From the NCBI RefSeq assembly GCF_000150275.1, contig NW_002060978.1:62001-126000 (forward strand): DNA of 64,000 bases, in the 5' to 3' direction. The translations under genes were made by a program, and so were the position numbers. This DNA is from Trichoplax adhaerens (lineage: Eukaryota; Animalia; Placozoa). Positions 1 through 12,800 of this stretch are shown here, piece after piece. Positions within the stretch are counted from its first letter, which is position 1, and each line of letters starts with the position of its first letter. The notes under the pieces are model-generated. The model worked only from the letters and a program-made list of their open reading frames with translations, ran no database searches and had not been told where the DNA came from.

Positions 1-471
1 AGGCAGTTGACTATATTATAAGTAATTTTTGTGTTTTGCGCAATATAAACATAAATTTTTAGTAAGAGCATTTGCACATTACCATAAATACAAAATGTAG
101 ATATAGTCTGGTCTATATACGGGTATTTACCACGATAAAAGAGTAAAGTTACTCTGACTATCTACGATTATTTTTGCGAAATATAAAATGATATTATTAT
201 AAGTGTGTTTACTTGTCTTATCAGATAGCTAGTGTAGTTTATTCTAAGAATGAATATTTTGCAAATATATATGAATAAAGTCTCATTTCGGATACGCTTA
301 CTTGCCTTGAGAAATACTTGATGTAATCTGCGGGTATTTTTTGTCAAACATGAATACGACTCTTGAGTTGGAATATTAATTTGTCACGGCAAATACAATA
401 TAAGCCGAATAGTCTAGCCTATCGATCAGCATTTGCAGTAATTAAAAATCATCTTTCTCGTCGAATTCTAG

Positions 472-3400
472 ACCATGAACCTCCACAAATGATCGTGCCT
501 GCATCTATTAACGTAACGGTTGGCTCTACGGTTTCTTTTACTGTTACTGCTTCAAGCAATAATGGATATAGCATCAATTTTACGATATCAGGTCTGCTAC
601 CTACTGGAATAACATTCTCTAATGGTAGCAGCAATGGTAGCTTTGTCTGGAATGCTACATCAGCCAGTCCAGTATCCCTAACATTTATCGCTACTGATAG
701 CAGAGGTAGGTCCTCCTCCGTAACACCAATTGTCAATATGTGCAATTGTACGAGCAATGGCCAATGTATGTTTAATGCTGCCGTTGGAGAAGCGTTTGCT
801 GTGGTTCCGTGCAAGTGTTCTGCAGGATATACTGGTCTTCGATGCGAGAACAATATTGATGCATGCCTAGCTAATCCAGATGCATGCTATCCAGGAGTAA
901 AATGTACAGATCAACCCCCTCCAGCTGGAATAAATGGCTTTACTTGCAGTCCATGTCCTGCAGGGCTTACCGGGAATGGAAGTACATGTACAGGTAAGCC
1001 ATGGTTTACAATAATCGTTACCAATTAACGAGATAGTTGTTAGGAATCGTTTTAGTAACGTAGAAATTGTAGCAGGATAGAGTTAGTATAAATGAGAAAG
1101 GGTAATGAGAATGATCTTTATGAGCAAACCTGCTGCTGAAAATACAAGAGTGTTGAGGAACTGTAATTCATTAAACTTAGGAGAATTTTTAGTGATACAG
1201 CTCATAAATGACTTATTGCAGACATTAATGAATGCCTGCGATCTCAGCATAAATGTAATCAAACTTGTGTCAACCTGGTTGGCTCTTATCGTTGTCAATG
1301 TCGATCTGGATATCGCTTAAATGCTGATGGCAAGGGGTGTCAAGGTAATGCTTCGATTCTGCCTTTAATTTGATTAATTTGAAATCGTTTCTCTATTCTA
1401 TCAAGTAAAAAAGACGATAAACAATAGATTTCTGAATTAAAGTTAATTAATTTATGTGTGTAAATCATATCTTAAGATATAAATGAATGCATTGGACTAA
1501 ATAACTGTCAGCAAACATGCATTAATCAGCCAGGTGGTTTTCGGTGTTCTTGCTTCGCCAATTTTATCCTTAATGTTGATGGTCGGACTTGCAGAGGTTA
1601 TATTAGTTTTCTCTCTTTGATAGTTCTTACTCTTAATAGATATTATGTTATATTGCTACATATGGTAGATTTGAAAACTCAATTACTTTTTGCACGTATT
1701 CCAAATAGCAAATAATTCTTGCCCTCAACCGAATGTATGTGGAAATAACCTTTGCCATCTAGAAGGCACTGCTGAAATTTGTACTTGCAAAAAAGGCTAT
1801 CGATTAACTGGTCCTAATACCTGTATAGGTTAGTTTGCTACAACATCAATGCGGTAATGATGAGATTGAAATTTTTCAACTATGAGTTCTATAGGCTAAT
1901 TTTCTTGTCCGGAAATGATACAGATATCAACGAATGTTTGGCTAACAACGGTGGCTGTTCTCAACTGTGTGACAATACCGTCGGAAGTTTTCGTTGCATG
2001 TGTAGAAAAGGGTATTTACTGGATTCTACTGAATTCTGTAGAGGTAAGAACACCTATTTATGATAAATGGTGCATTACCTACGGAAATTGAAAGGAATGT
2101 TAGCCACATTACTTGTAGGATCTTGTTTATCATGACGAATATTAGATTTGTTAACCCGAAAGAAGTACTTCATTCTGATAAATATGCAGTTTTCCAATAT
2201 TATTTCTATGTCACTATATTAATTTCCATCTTATTCTTTCTACTATTAAGATATTGATGAATGCTCTAGAAGTGATGATTTATGCCAGCCAACACAAATT
2301 TGCCGAAATACACCATCAAATTATTACTGTATTTGTCGTCCTGGGCTAGTATTCATGAATGGAAGATGCCAACTACGTAAGATTGTAGAACAAATGCTGA
2401 TGGAGAACATTGATTTATCTACCATTAGTTCCAAACATACAGCTATTTTCAAGTGTAATTACTTAGGATGTGGTTCTTTGGTCTTTTTCTGATTTATAAC
2501 TATCTTTTTGGTTGTTTAGCTCCGTCCAATTATGTTCCACCAACTCAACCTCCACCGAATGCCGATCAGACCCAGAATTCCGTTCAAGCTCTATTTCAGT
2601 ATGGTAGTGCAACACAGGTTGATCATTCGTCCAAATACAACTGGCATCTTCATTCTGTAATCTGATTACATCGATTTTATTGCATATTCTTATCTTATCT
2701 TTTCCTATTTTTTATTTATTTGGGTTATGATTGCAGTGGAATATGAATACCAATAATGCATTTAAAGCAGCTTTAGCTGTGATTGTAACCAATTACTGTG
2801 CCAGTCAAAGTCAGAATTGCATGATCCAGAATCGAAGGTATAGTCTAAATTTTGAAACTCGTAGAGAAGATGTCAATCCGGAACAGAGTTACGAGCAGCA
2901 CTAATAGCACCATGATTTATGCTTAGCGACAGTTATTTTAATTGGAGTTGTTTTTTCGGATTTTCCTGTTATAGCTCCATTTTTACGCAAGGTGACATCC
3001 AAATCCAGCCAGGCTATCCTAAAGCCAATGGGTATATTATACCATTTTGCAGCTACATTTTAAATTCTTTCATGACTCGTAAAATACATCTAACCAATTA
3101 TCACTAATGCTATATGATATTAGCAATAATAACCTCGTCATCTTCTACGTCAACCTACCGCCAAGTGCTCAATCAGTTGGAGCTTCCAAAGTTGTTCCTT
3201 CAACTGTTCTTGTTAATATTGTAAGAAATAATTCGATCCATATGGCAGCTGCGGTTGGTGCTCTACGAGTCACTACTATTTCACAAGTTGCAACATCGCA
3301 ACCTACTATGGCTACAACATTATCTACGGTATCTTCGAGAGATAATTTGATAATTGGCTTAACGTTAGGTATTGGTGGTGGTGTGGTGTTATTATTATTT

Positions 3401-5212
3401 GCATTTGCTGGGTAAGATTCTAATATACTCAAAGCTTCGATATTACTAGGTTTTACGATTTTAGATTATGATTGCTATATGGAGTCAAAGACTTGTAATG
3501 TATTTTTTATTAATTATGTCAAAAGTTTTTACACATACTAGCTCACATAGCCAATTGCAGATTGCTGCATGATCACTATGTATTTACCTGTACTCATAAA
3601 ATATTAGTGAGGAGAGTTATCAAGTGAGATTTCAAGTAAGTCTTCCATTTTTCTCTCCTACTAGTCCCTGTAATCTTGAGCTCACTGTCCATATTTGTTT
3701 ATATGATATTTTATGCGGAGTGCAATTTGATCGCCGACGATTTGCATGTACTGCTGCAAGATTCGCTAGAATAGATGTTATGTGTGACTTTAATGGGGTT
3801 TTAATAGGGTGCCAAGTGAGATTTCAATTCAGTCTCCCATTTTTACTCCTACTAACCCATGTATCGTAGGTTTATTGCCAATATTTGATTTTATGATGTC
3901 TTAAGCGGATTGCCATCGATTTGCTTAGACAGCTTCAAGACTAGCTAAGAATATTTAGAATAGATCAAGGTGGTCTTTACCAGATCTAGCAGTTATAACT
4001 CCTGTTCGCACACACTTTTGCGCTATCATAGATTACCATTACTTCACGATAGTCTTCAATATATTTCATGGGATATTAATGAGATGCCATTCTATATTTT
4101 TATATAATAGCTTTCCATCCTAAAATTTATCAGGTTTTAATGGAAAAGTCTTATCACGAATTGCGCTTGCTCACATGAAATTTATTATGATAAATGATTT
4201 ATTACGCTAAAATGTTCAAGTATAGCTTTAATTAAGTCTAACAACTTTACTCATACTGGCCAACATAATTTTGATCCTGCTTGCTGCATGATAGTAATAA
4301 ACTTTTTGCATATGCTGGTGAATGGTAAAGATATCAAATAAGTTTTTAATAATAGCTGAGTGTTATAAATCTTACTTATGTTAACTCGTACTGTTGGATC
4401 TATATGCATTGATGGAAAATCAATTGATATTAATATCTACTTATCTCATAGATTGGTTTTAATAGTATCATAGAATTCTCACCCATATTATCTGATAACA
4501 TTAGATTTCCTTGCATTGATGTTCAATTAGTAAAGATAGAATGATAGACAGTATAATAAGCGTGGTTTTAGTAGTATCATAAAGCTATTGCTCATACGAC
4601 TTCATAACTTTAGATTTCCTTGTACTGATATCCGATTAGTAAAGATAGAATGATAAATAATATTGGGTATGGTTGTAACAGCATCTTACAGTACTCACCT
4701 TCAGTATACTAGACTGATAACCTTAAATTTTCTTGTACTGTATATCCGATTAGTCATGATATGTTTGATGTTATATCAGATGGTTTTAATAAGCCCACAT
4801 TATCTATACTGCTGCTAGATCGCTATAAATATATATGCAAAAGCTTAATAGATGATTGATTTCATGTCTAGCTTAATCAAGACTTAAAATGGCTTTTTCA
4901 AACCAAATTATAAGATTTGGGATTATGATTACTGTTTATTGTTATAGGTTTACGATGTATCGTTTGGATGGAATTAGTTTATAGTTGTACTGGTCTAGAC
5001 AAGCTGACATTATAATTCCAATTATTATACTGTTACATAGCTGAATCTATTTTGTCATTGCAACGCAATCAAGAGCCTTATTTAAATCTATTTGGTATTA
5101 CGCTTGTAGATATTACTTTAGGAAAGGTAAAAGGCCTGACGCGGCAGAAGGTCGAAAATCCAAGCTGTATTGCGAGAAAGCGAGAGAATTAACCAAACTA
5201 AATGACTTGTAA
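472..5212 (+). CDS. MUC4/SUSD2-like EGF-rich type I membrane protein, copy 1 (5' part lies upstream of window)
   Basis: Spliced exons approx 472-993 (DHEPP..Ig-like, CNC..EGF, EGF), 1222-1344, 1477-1597, 1710-1828, 1924-2043, 2251-2375 (DINEC/DIDEC cbEGFs), 2520-2617, 2737-2838, 2974-3030, 3124-3411 ([24 protein letters not shown]), 5110-5212 (tail [33 protein letters not shown]). Exon-for-exon match to copies 2 and 3. Confidence 0.88.
3620..4800. repeat. Degenerate intronic duplications in last intron of copy 1
   Basis: CAAGTGAGATTTCAA..TCT(T/C)CCATTTTT at about 3621 and 3812 (~190 bp period); GGTTTTA.TAGTATCAT..TTAGATTTCCTTG..ATTAGTAAAGATAGAATGATA units of ~110 bp at about 4454, 4564 and 4670. 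Confidence 0.7.
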
Positions 5213-5390
5213 TTTTGCTTGTCAACTTTCATGTCGTCAGGGGTAACCTATTTTATTACTATCGTCTTTACATTTGTAGAAGTAGTTTACCAATCGTTTG
5301 GCCTTTATTCAACATAGGATTTTATTTTTAGGCCACTATTTTATCAATATTGTTTTATTTTGATTACGTTACGTAAAATATTATACAGAA

Positions 5391-5503
5391 ATCCAATTTC
5401 TTACGGCAGATTCTTGCGTATAGGAATTTTTAATTACTTTGTTTATGATGCAGTCTACGGCTTGAAAATTGGATGCAAGTACTACAGCGGCATTTGGTAG
5501 TCC
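5391..5503 (+). promoter_or_regulatory. Conserved structured element downstream of stop codon (putative 3' UTR RNA element), copy 1
   Basis: Invariant GCAGATTCTTGC and ATGATGCAGTCTACGGCTTGAAA (5445-5467) shared with 14543-14655 and 28507-28618; ATCCAATTTC pairs with GAAAATTGGAT. Confidence 0.7.
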
Positions 5504-6836
5504 GTTAGAATTAGAAGTCTATGATTACAAATTATTTTAAATATTTGAAATGAATTTTTGCTATGTTTATCTCCATGATGCTTGATGATTCAGAATTAGA
5601 CGCTGTAAGGATTATCAAAACTAGGATGATATTGCTTAACTCTAGTTCTTCAAGGTGTATCATGATTGCTATTCCAACCGCATTTATTTAATCATCAGCA
5701 ATCAATTCATCTATGGCAGCCTTGAAATTCATTTTCTAACTGCCCGTACTGTACGTTCATTTACTTGAAATGACTGCATCATTTTACTCTTGCTGTATTC
5801 TACAATAATCGTTAAAGGAATAAAAAGGTGTGATTTAAAATATCAAACTTTATGTGCTTGAAGTAAATAAGTGTCTGTGACTTATTTGCCTAACGAGTAA
5901 AGCAGGAAAAAATTTACTATATAAGCAACAAAGATGCTCAGTACTGTGGCCGTAAAAAGAGAATGATCAGGGTTACTTTACTTTGTCATGCCAATTAGCA
6001 TATAAACTATTTTGATGAACTAATTACACATCAACAACGTCAGTTATTGACAATCAAGTGATCCAATGCCGGTAATCCATAGGATGAAGAAGAGATGGCG
6101 AATACAATTTTAAATGCACAGTAGAAATAGAAGAGTTTCCTTTTTTTCGCTATTTTTTAACTTGCATCGCTCTGGGTTTCAATTAAAGTAAGTCGATCTA
6201 TTTTTATACAATTCGTCGAGCTGATATCATTATTTCCATGATTGTTGAAGAATTTTATTCCATGCAGAGACTAATAGGCGTGTTACGTCAAGAATTCTTC
6301 AGAATAAAGAAGTAAACTATTCCAAATTGAATACAAAAGCAAGCATCAACGAGTATGGTTACCAGAATGGCAACATCGATTGTTTACCAGTTATGTTCCC
6401 AATCTACATAAGAATAGCAGATCATGGTAACTGTTTGAATTGATTAGTTATTCTCTATCCTTTCTATGAATGCAGTAAAACTAAGTCTTTGTTGATTACA
6501 AGAATAGCCTAAGGCAGCAACTTTGGGTTGGGCACGGCATGACTAATGCATTGACGTCGATTCCACACCTAAGCCGCATTTTGTCGGCGGCGATCAAATT
6601 TACTCATCATTGGACGGCCTGTTTTCACTGTTGGGTGGTAACGGCGCCGACATTAACTAAATTTACTTGGTTAAAGCTCCCTGCTAAGGCAAATTAATTC
6701 GTTTGCTTTCCATCCTAATAAGAAGTCCGATCGAAACGATCCGTTGTATTATATTTAGATCCATCTTGATTGCCCATTAGATTTTCTAACCTTCATTTTT
6801 TTAGTGTTTGAACTTGATTAAAAGACAATCTTCACC

Positions 6837-9800
6837 ATGCTGAAATTGGCGGTTTTAGCCATCGTCTTGGGCTGTTTTACAACAGCACCGGTTTCTGCTC
6901 AAGAATCTATGTCACTCTTCCTTTTTAGTGACTCTGACGTCTTGATTACAGAATCTACCGCTGTGGTTGTTACATCTTCCATTACAACTGGTTTTGAAAG
7001 TACTATGAGTATGCAAACAACGATGATGTTTTCCTCCAGCATTGCACCACCAACTAATCCTACCTCTACCTTAACCCCGCAACCAACGCCAGCTAGCGGT
7101 AAGATCGACGTTAGAAAAAATTTGTAGGCCAGATATTAATGATAAACTGTCTAGAGATGGTCTGCGATGCGAAAAAAAATTACTATAATCCTTTGCTATA
7201 ATTAATCTGTTGGACTATAATGGAATGGCGGCGGGGTAATGCGATCCTTGCTCTGAGAAAAACACCGGCATAGAATTAAAATACTCTGAAATATATGAAA
7301 TAGGAAGATTGCTATCTTTTTCAACCAGATACCATTATTCATTTAATAAGATTTCTTGCAATTTCGATAAACTGTAGATGATAAAGTTTGTAACTTCATT
7401 TTTTTTAACTGAAAGCAACAGTAATAAATGATAAAATTTAATACTATCAGCTACCTTCGATCAGATTTGATCGCTAACATTGAATTAAATCGAATAATTA
7501 GATAGTGGAAATTTACGTCCATTTTCCAAGAATATGGCTGTCCCATGCGGTGCTACTTGTCCAAGCGTAAATATACCACAATCCATTGGATTACCAATTT
7601 ACGGAAAGTTATACTACAAAGCTTACGTAAGTATCAATATCGTGTAAAAATTGATTTGAATTTTCTCCCCTTATCCTCAGAATCGACGAAGTGGATCGAT
7701 TTATGACTGAGAAAATGACTACAACTTCATATAAATTAATAGAACAAAGAAGGAAGATTATCATATGGGTGTACTTACGGGTAATAACAGTTATTGCTCT
7801 TACAGTAGAAACCGGGTTAGACTAGTGGCAGTAGTGTAATGATTACTTGATCAACTATCTGAAAGCCCTTAGACAACCCCTAATCGAATACTCGTGAAAA
7901 TTAATCCTACACAGGCAACCATCCTATAGATCATTGATTCCAGGAGAGTACCGTTAATAGCACCAATATTGATGGAAAAATTTAATTTTAAATCTTTAAG
8001 CTTACTGTAAAGAGGCCGTTAGACACAGCTAGACCGTCCGGAAGAAAGTAAAAGACGGCTTAAATGATGATCTATTATAATTATACTACGTTAGACACAC
8101 TCATTTCCATTCTCTTTATTCGATTCGTGATCCTTCCTGCCATAGTATCCTACGCAGATAAATCTTTAATTCATATTACCGGTATCCGATTTTAGATTTG
8201 TGGCAATGGCATGGTTACTTTCAACCGAAATTCTTGGATTAAATACCCTGTGCCGTTTGGTAGCTCTGCTGCTATTAGAGGATTGACAGCTATCTCACCA
8301 TTTTGGTGTTTAGCTTCATCTCAACAGCCCAATTGTACTGGTACTTATTACGAAACACTTAGAATGGATTTATTAACCACATACAGCAACGAGATCCGAA
8401 CTGGATTTCAGAAGCCTAATTTTAATGCAACTTGGGGATTACAAGTTACTTGGGAAAACATCTTAGCCGATGGTGCACAGCCCAATTCAACAATGGTAGG
8501 TATTAAAAAAATGATATTCCATAGGTATCATCAAAGATTTAGCAATTTATTATAACTATCTAGAGACCAATCTTAAGCTTCCTATTTCTCAATATATTCG
8601 CAGCAAAATTCCTTCCAATTGCAGTTATTAACCGATGGGATCTCGACTTATACACTCTTCCGTTATCCAAGAAATGGTATTATGTGGTCATTACCCGCTG
8701 ATAATAGCCTGCTAACCAATATAAGAGTTGGTCTACCTGTCGCCGGATGGAGTGCTGGTCGATCAATGCCTGCTCGATATCAAAGTATTAGTAAATCAGG
8801 AACACTCAGAATTTCGCAGGTTTTAACCGGCATGAAGACCAACACTGGCCAACGTGGCTACTGGAGATTTGCGTAAGTAATATTGCTATATTAACATATT
8901 CCACGAGTAATGAGTAGATATAAAGAAGATATAAAGATGTAGAAAAACTCATCTTTGAAAATTGTTCTTGCTGCTAGTAAATTAAATAATTGAATGTTGA
9001 TGATGACCGTAATATTGTTATTAATTGCTATCATTTTGACCTTTAGGCTTACTAATGCTACTCGAAGACTTAGCGAAGGTTCCTGCAGAGCATTCTTAGC
9101 TCAAGCAACACCAGTTGGCAATCCACTTCGATGTCCTTGTTCATTTGGACAAATTCTTTTTGATCGACGTTTCCAATTCGATGCTTCTATTGCTAATCAT
9201 ATCTGCTATCGAACAAGATTTATTCGCAATGGCCTTAGTCGACGATGCTGCTATCGATTAAGGAGGCCAGGATTTGGTGCTTACCAACGAGGACCGACTA
9301 ACATTAATGGAGGATTTGTGGCTCGATTTAGCCAAGGCCGATTAGATACTAGTGGGCATAGTTTCTGTTGTAATTCACAAACACCCATTGCTCTATGCCT
9401 TCAGTTCTACAGGCAGTATCCAAGTGGAAATTGTCGCCGTCCACCACGCCTATGTATGTTGCATCTTTCAAATTGATTTCATTTTACTCGTATAGCAATA
9501 ATTTCGATATACCTTACGAATCGATTTGTTAACTGACAGTGACTGTATTCATTTCTTTTTATTTTTCTTCCATTTAAACACAGCCTGGTTTTGGGGAGAT
9601 CCTCATTTCACTACTTTGGATTCTCTCACCTATACCTTTAATGGACTTGGCGATTTTACCTTGGTCCGCAATCGGACAGCGAGCGCAGTTCCATTCGAAT
9701 TTCAAAGTCGCTGCGTTGAAGTTTCCAACGGTGCTGGTGCAACAGTATTTAATGCTGTTGGTGGTTATGAAGGCAATAGTGGTATAATTGAATTTAAAGC

Positions 9801-12800
9801 GAATAATGTAACTAAACAAGTGGATGTCTACTATAACCGCACATTGCAGATGGTTGGAAATCAATCCGTCACTTTCGGTAATGGTGCAATATACGTTACC
9901 CTAAATGGAACAACCATCACTGCTGAATTTGAGTCAGGTCGGTGTAGGAAGTGTGAAAATCAGTATCGCAGTATTAGCTAAGTTAATGAATATCGTATAT
10001 ATTGCTTTTCGAAATCTATCGAATGGTCTGGTAGTCGATTATGATCTATTCGTATATTGCTTTCGAAAGCTTAGACGCAGAGGAGATGTTAATAAATAAA
10101 TAACTCAACAATTAATAAATTGATCATATTTTCGAATCACATAGGAACTGTAATACAGTCTAGCTTGCGCCCTGATAATATTCTGGATTCATCGATATCA
10201 TTATCGCGAGACTATTTTAACAACACTGAAGGACTGTTAGGTCTATGGGATGGAGTAGCATCCAATGACTTTACAAGTAGCTCAGGCGTACAACATAGCA
10301 TTGCTACTAAAACTCCTCAAGAAATACACGGAATTGGTCTTACGTGTAAGCTACTTACCTTAAATAAAATATATGCGATAACACTCATCATCATCTAACA
10401 TATCTGGAATATTAATATAATAGCAATTTGTCAACATCAATTCTATTCCATTTGCAATTTGTAGGGGCTGTATCTGCCAATCTAAGGCTGTTAGTCGGTA
10501 ATCCTCCGTCATCATTAGATTATCAGCCCGTCTTTACCAACAACGTAAACTTTAGCACACCAGAATTGCAAGGGAACGCAACGGATGTTTGCGGCTCAGA
10601 TCCAGCATGTTTATTTGATGTAGCAGTGACCAATTCTATTGGCGTAGGGAATCAATCCAAAATTGTTGGCCAGACTCTAACCAGAGAAAAGGAAGAATTA
10701 GGTAAGTTTCAATAGTAACTGTTGTATTACTAATATTCTGATACTTGTAGAATTACTCTATCACTTTGTTCCACCAAGAAATACCTTTGTAGTTTATAGC
10801 CGACTCATTACTATAGGTAAGACGGTGACTTTAACTTTGTTATCATTTATTTCTCTCCGCTATGCCTCAGACCATGAACCTCCTAGTATGATTGGACCAT
10901 CATCCATCAATGTCACTGTTGGCTCCAACGAATCTTTCGTCATAACTGCTACTAGCCCGAATGGATACAACATTAATTTTACCTTAACGGGCAATTTACC
11001 GAAGGGAATTAACTTTGTCAATGGAAGCGCTGTTGGTAGCTTTAGCTGGGATGTCTCGTCTGCTAATCCTGTTTCGCTAACTTTTATTGCAACTGATAGT
11101 AAAGGAAAGTCCAGTACTTTTACGCCAGTGGTTAATATGTGTAACTGTTCCATGAATGGCCAATGCATGTGGAATTCTGCAGTTGGAGAAGCGTTCGCTG
11201 CCGTTCCATGCCAATGTTCAGCTGGCTATACAGGATCACGATGTGAAAGCGATATTGATGGATGCGCCGCCAATGCTGATGCATGCTTTCCTGGAGTAAC
11301 TTGTACAGATAAACCAGCGTCAGCTGGATTACCTGGCTTTACTTGTGGTAGTTGTCCTGTAGGATTTTCAGGAAATGGAGTCAACTGTATAGGTTAGTGA
11401 AGATATTCTGCTTGAAAAATAATGCTAACAAAGGCAACATGATCGAATGAAATAATGAGCAAATGTTTATATATCCTTGTAGATATCAATGAATGCCAAG
11501 TATCCAATGGTAATTGCGGTAGTATTTGCGTTAATACTATTGGCTCATATCGATGTACATGTCCTAGCGGATATTATTTGGCCATGGATGGAAGAACGTG
11601 CCAAGGTTTAAAAGATTTAACAATCATGCTTGCTTTTCCTCATTCCCTATTAGATTTTAATACCGTTAGGCTAATATGAAACTTACTGATTGAATGCTAT
11701 TTATGTAGATATAAATGAGTGTAATTCGACCAATGACTGTCAGCAAATTTGTATCAATACTATGGGTGGCTATAATTGTTCATGCAATACCAACTTTGCG
11801 CTGAATCCTGATATGCGAACATGCAATGGTAAAGTTCTATGTAGATGTTGTGAAATAGTCCTACCTAATGTTATAATATGGCATGTATAAGTCACCAGAT
11901 GCAATATTATGAGATACAGTAGATTTAGTAAAATACTGCTGCAATATAGCGTGGGATACTCTCTAGCGTGCCTAGAACATTAATACTTTAGGAATCATCA
12001 TGTAATACTTGATATATTAATGTGGCTTATACAGAGGAATAGTACTGTAGTTATCATTGGAATTTCACCCATTAATAAAATCAATTTTTTTCAGCTACTG
12101 CTCCTTGTCCACAGCCAAATAGTTGTGGCATGCATTTCTGTCAAATGCAAGGTGGAAATCAAGTGTGTACTTGTAGGAAGGGATATAGGAAAGACATGAA
12201 TGGCAACTGTACTGGTAAGTAAACTAGTAAACCTGTGTCATACTTGTGACGATTATTGGTATAACAACTGTATGATCTATCAGAATATTACTAAAATTCT
12301 GCTATTTTTCTATCACTTAAAGATATCAACGAATGTTTAATAAATAATGGTGGTTGTTCGCAAAACTGTAATAATACCAATGGCGGCTACTTTTGCTCTT
12401 GTAGACAGGGATATCAGCTAGATACCGGCAAAAAAAATTGCATCGGTAATAATGATAAATTTGTTAATCTTACAGTTTTGCAAACGTAGCAATGACTTAC
12501 GTCCTAATAGCCTAAGTTTGCTGATTAAAATCTAAATCAACCTTTGAAATTTTCTAAAGATGTTGATGAATGTACCGCTGGTACTGATTCCTGCCAAGCA
12601 ACTGAGTTATGTCGAAATACCCCAACTTATTATTACTGTATCTGCCGACCTGGTCTTGTATTCATGGATGGAAAATGTGAAATAAGTACGTTGAAATAAT
12701 ACCGTCGTATTCGATATTCTAATAGACTAGGAATTGAGCATTCAAGATACAAAATATAAAAAATCACATTTTGATAAAGGCATAAGCTAACTGTATGATA

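Noticed and set aside
449-853. Antisense ORFs over coding exons (also 3169-3432, 9574-9864, 10860-11168, 24925-25146, 38649-38852, 41397-41741)
   Set aside because: Shadow frames of real exons on the opposite strand; no independent protein features.
4948-4984. Alternative terminal exon for copy 1 ([12 protein letters not shown])
   Set aside because: Plausible AG but no counterpart in copies 2 and 3; the 5110-5212 exon is clearly homologous to their tails.
5445-5490. SECIS or C/D snoRNA interpretation of the conserved 3' element (ATGATG..AAA..)
   Set aside because: No conserved 3' GA to complete the SECIS quartet, wrong spacing to the AA loop, no in-frame TGA noticed in the host genes; a D box (CTGA) appears only in copy 3.
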